Assembly: GCA_963754315.1 (NCBI GenBank)
Contig: CAVWFS010000008.1
Coordinates: forward strand, 448,001-512,000
From: an uncultured Candidatus Rokubacteria bacterium
GTDB taxonomy: Bacteria; Methylomirabilota; Methylomirabilia; Rokubacteriales; CSP1-6
Length of the DNA stretch: 64,000 nt
Direction of reading: 5' to 3'
Of the stretch, positions 1 through 9,080 are shown one piece after another. The notes under the pieces were generated by a model, which had not been told where the DNA came from, searched no databases, and worked only from the letters and a program-made list of their open reading frames with translations. Numbering within the stretch: position 1 is the first letter of the stretch; the number at the start of each line of letters is the position of its first letter. The position numbers were made by a program, and so were the translations under genes.

Positions 1-221
1 ACCAGGCGCCTGACGTCGTCCTCCACCGCCGCGTCGCCCACGACCGCAACGGCCTGACCGCCGGCCTTTTGCACCTGGTTGGCGGTGTCTTTCACGAGAT
101 CGGCCGAGCGTGCCGCGCACACGACCCGTGCTCCTTCCCGGGCGAAGCGCAGGCTCAAGGCGCGGCCAATTCCCTTGGAGGCGCCGGTGATGATGGCCAC
201 CCTGCCGTCGAGCAAACCCAT
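1..221 (-). CDS. SDR family oxidoreductase (N-terminal part; runs off window edge)
   Basis: Own translation from ATG at 221: MGLLDGRVAIITGASKGIGRALSLRFAREGARVV, with the TGxxxGIG Rossmann motif; GGAG RBS upstream. Confidence 0.88.
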   Translation of the reverse strand, partial: MGLLDGRVAIITGASKGIGRALSLRFAREGARVVCAARSADLVKDTANQVQKAGGQAVAVVGDAAVEDDVRRL

Positions 222-238
222 GGTCGTCTCCTCAATCC

Positions 239-1378
239 TCAGCGCCAGAGCTGAGCCGACGCCAGCCGCGCACCCTCGCTCATCGCCTGCAGCTTGGCCC
301 AGGCGATCTCCGGCTCGACCTGGAGGTTAGACCGCGCGAAGGTGGCGAAGCCGCAGTCGGTGCCCGCGATCACACGCTCTCGCCCGACGACCTCGGCGTA
401 GCGGACCAGACGCTGGGCCACCAGCTCCGGGTGCTCGATGAAGTTGGTGGTGGAGTCGAGCACACCAGGAATGATGATCTTGTCGTCCGGCAGCCGCGTC
501 TCCCGGAACACGATCCACTCATGCTCGTGACGGGGGTTGGCCCCCTCGAAGGACAGCCCCTGCGGGCGCGCCTTGAGGGCCACGGCCAGCAGATCGCGGA
601 GCGGAATGTCGCGGTGGTGGGGTCCTTCGTAGTTGCCCCAGCAAAGATGCACGCGCATGCGATCCGCCGGGATGTCGCGCAGGGCATGGTTGAGGGCCTC
701 GACGTTGGCTTCCGCGATCTTGAGAAATTCGCCCGTACTCAGCTCCGGAAAGGCCAGGTGGCGCCCCATGGCCAGATCCGGACAGTCGACTTGGAGGATG
801 AAGCCGGCCCGATGAATTGTGTCGTACTCCTCCTTCATGACCTCCACGAGCCGGGCCAGATACGCCTCCCGGGTCGGATAGTGCTCGTTCCGGAGGAAGT
901 GGGCGATGACCCCCGGGGAGGCCGCCGTCATGAAGGCCTCCGTCGCCGGTCGGGCGGCCAAAGCCGCGCGCAAGTTCGCGATGTCCTGCTCCACCGCCCC
1001 GGGATTCTTCCAGGCGATGGGGCCATTGCATGAGGGCCGCGCGATCGCCGACCGCCGCTCGGCGCGGGCGGCGGCCTCGGGAAAGTCGGCCCAGTCTGCC
1101 CGCATGGGCACCGCGCTTTGTCCGCCGAACCCGGTGAGGCGGTGTCTGACGTACGTGGAGTAGCCGACCTTGCCTTGCTCGCCGTCGTTGACGATGTCGA
1201 TGCCGGCGTCGACCTGCGTGCGCACGACATCGGCGACGGCCCGACGCACCCGGCTCTCCATGGCGGCCGGGTCGTGCATGCTCCCTGCGTCCAGGGTCTC
1301 CAGCAGAGCCGTAAGGTCCGATGGGCGCGGGAGACTCCCGGTGTGCGTGGTGAGGATGCGGTCCGTGCTGCGCTTCAT
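239..1378 (-). CDS. Cobalamin-independent methionine synthase II family protein (MetE C-terminal-domain type)
   Basis: TTHTGSLPRP N-terminus, DGEQ, HLCWGN and DCGF zinc-ligand motifs; start taken at MKRSTDR after GGAGGG. Confidence 0.88.
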   Translation of the reverse strand: MKRSTDRILTTHTGSLPRPSDLTALLETLDAGSMHDPAAMESRVRRAVADVVRTQVDAGIDIVNDGEQGKVGYSTYVRHRLTGFGGQSAVPMRADWADFPEAAARAERRSAIARPSCNGPIAWKNPGAVEQDIANLRAALAARPATEAFMTAASPGVIAHFLRNEHYPTREAYLARLVEVMKEEYDTIHRAGFILQVDCPDLAMGRHLAFPELSTGEFLKIAEANVEALNHALRDIPADRMRVHLCWGNYEGPHHRDIPLRDLLAVALKARPQGLSFEGANPRHEHEWIVFRETRLPDDKIIIPGVLDSTTNFIEHPELVAQRLVRYAEVVGRERVIAGTDCGFATFARSNLQVEPEIAWAKLQAMSEGARLASAQLWR

Positions 1379-1542
1379 GACTCGGCCCTCCGAGCTTATT
1401 GCGGCGTGCCGAAGCAGGGTAGCACAGGAGAGGGACTGGAATTCGCCCCGCCGGTCTGCCATCCTGGGCGCGTCTGGCTCCGGTGGAGATCGCCCCGATC
1501 GCAACCTAGTGGCCGGCCAAAGTCGACGAGGAGACGATCGCG

Positions 1543-3206
1543 ATGAAGATCAAGGCGGCGAACGGTGTGGCGCGAATCCTCAAGTCCGAGGGAATTCCCT
1601 GGGTGAGCTGTTATCCCACCAATCATGTGAACAACGCCCTCGGTGAGGAAGGCGTCCCGATCCTGATGATGGGCGAGGAGCGCTTCGCGGTGGCGGTCGC
1701 CGACGGGTTCTCTCGAGTGACCTGCGGCAAACAGATCGGCGTGTGCACGGTCATGGCCAATCTGAACGCGGCCGGCATCCAGATGGCCTATGGCGCCATC
1801 GCCCAGGCCTGGGAGGATTCGTCCCCGCTCCTGGTCATCGCGGAGGGCGTGGGCCAGGGGGCCAGCCGGCACACGCACTACGACATGGCGGAAGCGTTCA
1901 AGTCGGTCACCAAGTGGGTCGGCAAAGTGGACCGCGCTGACCTCGTGCCCGACTACGTTCGCCGGGCGTTCACGCATCTCCGCTCGGGACGGCCTGGGCC
2001 CGTCTTGCTCGTTATCCCGCGCGATCTCGGTGAGTACGACGAGGGCGAACACCCGTACGCGCAGGTCAAGGGCTGGAGGTCGGGCCCTGACCCTGACGAT
2101 GTCAAAGCGGCCGTCAAGGCCCTGTTGGCCGCCAAGGATCCGCTCCTGTACGTGGGCGAGGGGGTCCTCTACGCGGACGCCACCAATGAGCTGCGGCAAT
2201 TCGCCGAGGCCGCTCAGGTGCCGGTGCTGACCACCTTGAAGGCGAAGGGAGCCTTCCCGGAGAACCACCCGCTGTCGGTCGGAGTACGAGGCTCGCTGGC
2301 CGAGCACTTTCTCGGCAAGGCCGACCTCTTGTTCTCGGTCGGATCGAGCCTCTTTCCCAACCGCTTCAGCCACGCTATTCCCGACGCCGACCGCAAGACC
2401 ATCATCCAATGCACGATCGACACCCTGGACATCAACCGGAGCTACCACACGCAGCACGCGGTCATCGGCGATGCCAAGCTGAGCCTGCAGGCTCTGGTCA
2501 ATGAGCTGTCGGCACGGGGGGGCGCAAGAAGCCCGAGCTCCTCGAGGAGATCCGCGCGGGCAAACAGGCCTTCCTGGCGAAGTTCCGGCCGTGGCTGGAA
2601 TCAGCTGAGACCCCCATCAACCCGTATCGGGTGATCGGCGATCTCATGAAGGTGCTCGATCCCAAGGCGTCGTTCGTGACGGCCGATTCCGGGAATACCC
2701 GGGACCAGACCAGCACGGTCTATGAGACGCAGATCCCGCGCGGCTTTCTTGGCTGGGGTAACGTATCGACCTTGGGCTTCAGCCTGGCGGGCGCCGTTGC
2801 CGCCAAGCTCGCCTATCCAGACCGGCAGTGCGTGCACGTCACCGGCGACGCTGGCGTGTGCTACATGATGGGCAACTTCGAGGCCGTCGCGCGCTACAAG
2901 ATCGGCATCACGACCATCCACATCAACAACGGCGGCTACTCGGGATACGGCCCCGGTTTCTGGGGAGCCGGCCATGATCCGTATACGTGGCAAGTGTCGG
3001 ATCATACCCGCGCCTGCATGTCCTCGATGGCGAAGGCAGTCGGTTTCCACGGCGAGGATGTCACGGCGCCGGCGGAGATCATCCCCGCTCTCAAGCGCGC
3101 GCTCGACGAGAACGCCAAGGGTCGGCCGGCCTTCCTGGAATTCATCTGCTCGCACCATCCGGTCCACGGAGGCTGGGTCAGGCCAGGAACTGGATCAGGC
3201 CATTGA
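1543..3206 (+). CDS. Thiamine-diphosphate-dependent enzyme (acetolactate synthase / oxalyl-CoA decarboxylase superfamily), split by a one-base frameshift
   Basis: ORFs 1543-2634 and 2631-3206 join if the G7 run at ~2516-2522 had one more G (giving ...SARGGRKKPELLEEI...); EERFA Pyr-domain glutamate and GDAG...NN ThDP motif. Confidence 0.85.
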
Positions 3207-3246
3207 ATGACGCAGTGAAGATTGGCGCGACACACGGAGAGAAGAC

Positions 3247-4452
3247 ATGAGCAGAGCGCTCAACGGGATTCGGGTGGTGGATCTCACGCAGTTCGAGGCG
3301 GGAACCTCGTGCACGCAGATGCTGGCCTGGCTGGGTGCCGAGGTGATCAAAGTGGAAGAGCCGCGCAAGGGTGACCCGGGCCGCTATGGCCGGCCTGAGA
3401 AAGCAGGCGTGGACTCGAGCTACTTTCTCACGCTCAACGCCAACAAGAAGAGTGTCACGCTCAACCTCAAGCACCCGCAGGGCAAGGCCATGTTCCTGGA
3501 CATGGTCAAGCAAGCGGACGTGGTGGCCGAAAACCAAGCGCCGGGCGCCATGGACAAGATGGGACTCGGCTACGAGGCACTGAGCGCGCTCAATCCGCGC
3601 TTGATCTATCTTTCCGTCAAGGGCTTCGGCACCTACGGACCGTACAGCCAGTACAAGAGCTTCGATATGATCGCCCAGGCCACCGGAGGGGCGATGTCAC
3701 TGACGGGCTTCCCAGGCTCGCCGCCCCTCAAACCGGGCCCGACCATCGGCGACTCGGGAACCGGGATGCACGCCGCCTTCGGCGTGATGGCGGCGCTCTG
3801 GCAGCGCCAGGCCTCGGGCGTGGGGCAGCACGTCGAGGTCGCCATGCAGGACGCGGTGGTGAACCTGTGCCGGATCGCCATGCGTCTGGCCTACGCCGGC
3901 GGTTCGTTCGAGCCCCGGCGCGGCAACGAGATTGCCAACACCTCCCCCTCTGGCATCTATCGCTGCAAGCCGGGTGGCCCAGACGACTACGCCTACATCT
4001 ACCCACAGCCGGTCCGCACGCACATGTGGGACGCGCTGCTCAAGACGATTGGCCGGTCCGATCTCATCGGGCATCCCGAATGGTCCGACCCCAAGTGGCG
4101 CGCAGCCCACAAGGACGAGGTCAATGCGCTGGTCGAAGGGTGGACGATGACCCGCACCAAGCACGAGGTGATGGCCGTGCTCGGCGAGGCAGGCGTGCCG
4201 ACGGGCGCGTGCCTGACCCCGACCGAGATCCTCGCCGATCCGCATTTGAAGGCACGCGAGATGGTGGTGACCATCCAGCATCCGGGGTGGGGCGAGTTCA
4301 CCATGCCGGGCAATCCCGTGCAGCTCTCGAAGTCACGCACGGAGGTGAAGCCGGCGCCTCTGCTCGGTCAGCACAACGCCGAGATCTACAAGGAGTGGCT
4401 CTCGCTCGGTGCCGAGGACCTGGCCCGACTCAAGGCCGACGGGGTGATCTGA
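3247..4452 (+). CDS. Class III CoA-transferase (CaiB/BaiF; formyl-CoA transferase-like)
   Basis: [46 protein letters not shown] (catalytic Asp region), APLLGQHN. Confidence 0.92.
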   Translation: MSRALNGIRVVDLTQFEAGTSCTQMLAWLGAEVIKVEEPRKGDPGRYGRPEKAGVDSSYFLTLNANKKSVTLNLKHPQGKAMFLDMVKQADVVAENQAPGAMDKMGLGYEALSALNPRLIYLSVKGFGTYGPYSQYKSFDMIAQATGGAMSLTGFPGSPPLKPGPTIGDSGTGMHAAFGVMAALWQRQASGVGQHVEVAMQDAVVNLCRIAMRLAYAGGSFEPRRGNEIANTSPSGIYRCKPGGPDDYAYIYPQPVRTHMWDALLKTIGRSDLIGHPEWSDPKWRAAHKDEVNALVEGWTMTRTKHEVMAVLGEAGVPTGACLTPTEILADPHLKAREMVVTIQHPGWGEFTMPGNPVQLSKSRTEVKPAPLLGQHNAEIYKEWLSLGAEDLARLKADGVI

Positions 4453-4456
4453 AGCC

Positions 4457-5819
4457 TCAGCGACGGCGGTATTCGGACGCGCTGGCCAGCGGGTCGTAGG
4501 CCGCGTTCTCGAAGCCTTGATACTTGAGGACGGTCACCATCCCGGCGGCCAGGTGATAGAGCACGTGGCAGTGCAGCAGCCAGTAGCCGGGGTACCCGGC
4601 GTCGAACTGGACCTTCACGGTCTGGCGCGGCATGACGAGGACCGTGTCGCGCTTGGCGCCCGGCAGGCGTCGGCCGTCGATCTCGGTTACCTGAAAGACG
4701 TGGCCGTGCAGGTGCATGGGATGCGTCATGCCCGTACGGTTCACGAAGGCGATCTCGACCCGCTCGCCCTTCTTGACCTCGAGCGGAGTGATACCGGGCC
4801 ACGTCTGATCGTTGAGCATCCAGACGTACCCGACCATCTTCCCGTCGAGCGTGACCTGGAGCTTTCTGTCCACGGGACGAACGGGGAGGGATTGCACGGC
4901 CCGCAACCGTGACTCCTGGGCATTGGTGAGGGCGCCGGCGAGAGCCTTCGCCGTTGGCGCGATCTTGGGGATCGAGGCCTGCGGGGTGGCCAGGATCACC
5001 CCAGCCTGCAGGTCGCTGCCCTCGCCCTGGGCGATGATCGGGTACGCGCCCTGGCCAGCTGGAATCGTGACTCTGAGATCCAGACGCTGCGCGATGCCCA
5101 GCTCGAAAGTCGTCCCCGCCAGCGGGACGATGTTCTCTCCGTCTACGGCCACCGCTTCCGCGGGTAGTGCCCCCGTCCTGATGAAGAAGTTGGTCGCGCT
5201 GCTTCCCGCGATGATCCTGAGTCGAACGCGCTCGCCTGGGCGTACTCGCACCACCTCAGGGTCGGCGAGGGTGCGGCGGTTGGCGAGGAGCGCGTCATAC
5301 TTGACGTCGTTGAGGTCTGGCGCGAGGTGGCGGTCATGCCCGCCATGACGACGAGTCTTGGCGGGAGCCATGGCCTGCCATGTCGCCCGTCTTGGCCTTC
5401 AGCTCGCCGAGGATCTCGAGGGGATCACGGGTCGTGAAATCGTTTAGGATCACCACCACCTCGTACTCCTCGGGAGCGGCCTGAGGGTCGCGAAGGATGA
5501 GCGGGGCTGTCAGGAGCTGCTGCTCCTGCAGGCCAAAGTGGGAATGCATCCAGAACGTTCCCGCCTGGACGATCGGGAAGTCGTAGAGCCGCCGCTCGCC
5601 GGGCTTGATGGGCGGCTGGGTCACATAGGGCACGCCATCCTGGCCGTTGGGCAGAATGAGGCCATGCCAGTGAATCGTGGTGGGCTCGCGCGTTTCGTTC
5701 TCCAGCGCCACCTGGAACCGCCCGCCCTTGACGCCGATGAATCCCTGCTCGCCGTTGTCCTGCAGGATGCTGTAGGCGAACCCGCGCTTACCCTGGACTT
5801 CGAGCTGGCCCGCGACCAC
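4457..5819 (-). CDS. Multicopper oxidase (CopA/laccase-like), frameshifted in the Met-rich linker; N-terminus unclear
   Basis: HWHG and WMHSH in ORF 5334-5819; HPMHLHG and HCHVLYH in ORF 4457-5371; several indels at ~5325-5375. Confidence 0.85.
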
Positions 5820-6015
5820 GCGCAGGCGAGTGAATCCCGACGGGCACCGGCTCCGCCGTGGATTGAGCCCACGCGAGGGGAGGAGCGATCCTGGTTGCCA
5901 TCAAGGCCAGCGTGGCTGAGGATCCGCCCACGAACGTCCGTCGATCGAGTATCGTTAGCCTCCCCAGAACCGCGTCCGCGTCGAGCCTAGCACGGCTGCG
6001 CGTCCTCCAGGCTCG

Positions 6016-6044
6016 TTGACATACCGAGATGGGATCGATAGCAT
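6016..6044 (+). promoter_or_regulatory. Sigma70-like promoter upstream of degraded TA module
   Basis: TTGACA (6016-6021), 17 nt spacer, TAGCAT (6039-6044). Confidence 0.55.
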
Positions 6045-6081
6045 TCTTGGCATACGATTACGATATCGATGGAGCCGGGCC

Positions 6082-6200
6082 ATGGAAACCATCTCACCAT
6101 CTCGTCCCTAAGTTTCAGAATCGTCATCCCGTAAGGCGCATCTCTACGGGACGGATCGAGCATTCGCTGGGCCTGACAGTGCGCGGACCTGAAGGGTCGC
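6082..6200 (+). pseudogene. Degenerate AbrB/MazE-type antitoxin fragment
   Basis: From ATG 6082, frame-hopping reads MET..TIS-PKFQ-IVIP-KA-I, the AbrB N-terminal signature; many indels; end approximate. Confidence 0.5.
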
Positions 6201-6270
6201 AGACGATCCGTCTACGGATGACTCGGACTCGAGCGCTCGGATTCCGCTCCGAGCGCGGCGCTCGGACCAG

Positions 6271-6549
6271 ATGCGCTGCGATCCTCCTGGATCTAGAGGT
6301 GTTCAAGCGAGTACTGCAGCAACGGGACGAGGGAGCGCCCTGCGCGCTGTTGCCGTCATGCAGCAGGGCACGGTGATCGACCTCGACCTGCGTGTCGCCT
6401 TGAGTGCGGCGCGGTCAGCATTGACACCAGCTTCCCTGGCCGACAGCGTGGTGCTTGCCACGGCGCGCCTGCATGACGCCACCCTGTGGACACAGGATTC
6501 TGATTTCGAGAGCCTGCCTGGCGTGCGCTACCGCCCGCGGAGATCCTGA
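6271..6549 (+). pseudogene. PIN-domain (VapC-like) toxin, C-terminal part with indels
   Basis: LEVFKRVLQQRDEG / ALRAVAVMQQGTVIDLD / ADSVVLATARLHDATLWTQDSDFESLPGVRY, with the acidic PIN motifs. Confidence 0.72.
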
Positions 6550-6607
6550 CGCGTCGCGGCTGGCTCAGTCCCCGGACACCGGTGACGACCAGGGAAGGGA
6601 GATAGCG

Positions 6608-7700
6608 ATGACGACGCCCCCGTTTCGCGCCGATCACGTGGGCAGTCTCTTGCGACCGGCCGAGTTGCAGGCGGCGCGGGCCAAGGCCAAAGCCGGCGCC
6701 ATCTCTCTCGCCGAGCTTCAGGAGGTCGAGGATCGCTGCATCCGAGCCGCCGTGAGCCAAGCAAGAGTCGGTCGGCCTGGCAGTCGTGACCGACGGCGAG
6801 TATCGACGCGACTTCTGGCACCTCGACTTTCTCCGTCAATTCGAGGGGGTGAGCCTCACACCGGCGGTCGGCATGACGTTCCAAGCCGACGACGTGCCGC
6901 CCATGGCGGCGGTCACGGGGAGGGTCCGCTGTGCTGCCCCGATCATGGTTGATCACTTTGCCTTCCTCAAGTCGGCCGCCCGCGGCACGCCCAAGCTCAC
7001 CATCCCATCGCCGGCCATGCTGCATATGCGCGGTGGACGCAACGCGATCGCGCGCGGCACGTATCCAGATCTGACAGAGTTTTGGGCCGACGCAATCGCG
7101 GCGTACCGTCAGGCCATCGAGCACATCGGCGCCGCCGGCTGCGCGTATCTTCAGCTCGACGACGTAAGCTTCTCGTACCTGTGCGATCCCAAGGTGCGCG
7201 AGAACTTTCGCGCCAATGGCGACGATCCCGCCGCCTTGCCGCGTGTCTATGCCGACGCGATCAGGGGCGCGCTCGGGGCCCGCCCAGCGGGAATGACCGT
7301 CACCATGCACACCTGTCGCGGGAACTTCCGGAGCACCTGGTTCGCGGCGGGCGGCTACCAGGACGAGGTGCTGGAGGCAATGTTCTCGACACCAGTGGAC
7401 GGCTTTTTCTTGGAGTACGATACCGAGCGCGCCGGCGGTTTCGCACCCCTCCGCCTGCTCCCCGCCGGCAAGAAGGTGGTTCTGGGTCTGGTCACCACCA
7501 AGTCGGGGACGCTGGAGAGCAAGGAGGCGCTCGCGCGTCGAATCGACGAGGCCGCCCGGTACGTCCCCCTCGAGAACCTGTGCCTGTCACCGCAGTGCGG
7601 CTTCGCCAGCACCCACCACGGCAATGCCCTCACCGAGGACGAGCAATGGCGCAAGCTCGCCCGCGTGGTGGAGGTCGCCCGAGAGGTGTGGGGCGCGTAA
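6608..7700 (+). CDS. Cobalamin-independent methionine synthase II family (YxjG-like), one-base frameshift near 6755
   Basis: MTTPPFRADHVGSLLRP start; TDGEYRR, HTCRGN, LEYD and LSPQCGFAS motifs; removing one base at ~6755 joins the frames. Confidence 0.87.
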
Positions 7701-7733
7701 GGTCACGAAACGACAGAGGTCAGGAGAAAGACC

Positions 7734-8153
7734 ATGCCGAAGATCAAGCACATCGCCCTGTCGACCCAGGATGTGGAGGGAACGGCCCGCTTCTACATCG
7801 AAGTGTTTGGCCTCAAGCGAATGGGCGAGATCGATGATCCCGGGACCCGCGGCTGCTTTCTCAGCGACGGCGACATCAATCTGGCCATTCTCAACTTCAA
7901 GAACGACGTGGCGGCCGGCGCCGAGCGCGGCAAGGATTACAGCGGCATCCACCACATCGGCTTCCAGGTCGAGAGCCTGGAGGAGATTGCCGAGAAGCTG
8001 AAAGCGGCGGGGTCGCCGCGGCGTGACGATGTCAACCAGGCCCTCGGGGTGGGCCAGGGACGACAGGAACACGGTAACGTCGAGGTGAAGTACGGCGGCC
8101 CCGACGGGGTCATGCTGGACGTCTCGGAGACCGGCTGGATCGGGGTTTCGTAG
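7734..8153 (+). CDS. VOC (glyoxalase/bleomycin resistance) family protein
   Basis: KIKHIAL...FYIEVFGL, GIHHIGFQV, PDGVMLDVSE; AGGAG RBS. Confidence 0.88.
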   Translation: MPKIKHIALSTQDVEGTARFYIEVFGLKRMGEIDDPGTRGCFLSDGDINLAILNFKNDVAAGAERGKDYSGIHHIGFQVESLEEIAEKLKAAGSPRRDDVNQALGVGQGRQEHGNVEVKYGGPDGVMLDVSETGWIGVS

Positions 8154-8156
8154 AAT

Positions 8157-8257
8157 TGGGGGGCCTCGAAGGGCCCCCAAGCCCCCCGCGCTCGGGACGC
8201 CCCGGGGACCCGTGGCGCCCCTCGGGAACACGCATGCGGCGGGCCTCGAAAAGGGCC
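8157..8257. repeat. Dispersed multi-hairpin (REP-like) element between convergent genes
   Basis: GGGGGCC-TCGAAG-GGCCCCC, AAGCCCCCC and GGGACGCC-CCGGGGACCCG-TGGCGCCCC; homologous to the units at 49654-49843. Confidence 0.7.
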
Positions 8258-8274
8258 GGATCCCTCGTGCTCGG

Positions 8275-9068
8275 CTATTTGGGTTTCTCGGCGCGGACGT
8301 GCAGGAACAGGGCGGCATGATCACGCCAGCCGCGCTGGCTGGGATGAGCGGCGCAGTATTCTTCCGAGGGTCTCGGCTCCGCGATCTGCTTGAGCACGAA
8401 GCCAGCGGCGAGGACGGTATTGAGGTACTCGGAGAGGGTACGATCGAAGCGCGGCGTGGCGAACTCGGGCGCCTCCGGTGGCGCATCCGTGAAGCGCCAT
8501 CGCTCGACCCAGCCGGCATCATTGAAATAGTCGCCGACCACCCACTGGATTTTTCGTCCCTCCGCATCGCGGAGCCACCGTGAGCCTTTGGTGATGAAAC
8601 AGGGGTGGGTGATGCTGAAGGCCAGCCGGCCGCCCGGGCGCAGGACGCGGAAGCTCTCCGTCATGGCCCGGTCGAAGTGGGGCCCGTCCATCATGGCCAT
8701 GAAAGACACCACCGCATCGAAGCTGGCGTCCGCCAGCTGGGCGAGGTCGGCGTACGAGGTGCGCAGGTACCGGATGCCGAGCGGCTCCCGGCGCTCCTCC
8801 TCCCGGGCTAGGGCAATCATGCGCTCGGAGAGATCGACACCCGTCATGCGGGCACCGCGCCGCGCCAGGATCCGCGTGTTGTATCCCTCGCCACAGCCGG
8901 CGTCGAGAACGTCCTGGCCGTGGAGGTCGCCGATGAAGGCGAGGAAGGCGGGATTGTTCAAGAACTCCCGGGCGAGGTCGCGGCCCTGGCGAACCTCGGC
9001 GGCCCACGCCACGGCATTGTCTCCCAGTAGCGCGCCGTCTCCTCTTCGGAGAGCCAGTCCTCGCGCAC
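8275..9068 (-). CDS. Class I SAM-dependent methyltransferase (frameshift near 9020)
   Basis: VLDAGCGEG motif I, GVDLS, RVLRPGG; the upstream frame gives MREDWLSEEETARYW from GTG 9068. Confidence 0.85.
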
Positions 9069-9080
9069 GAGCGCCCGCGT

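Noticed and set aside
2516..2522. Phase variation or programmed frameshift at the G7 run
   Set aside because: Similar single-base indels occur throughout the window in unrelated genes, so sequencing error is more parsimonious
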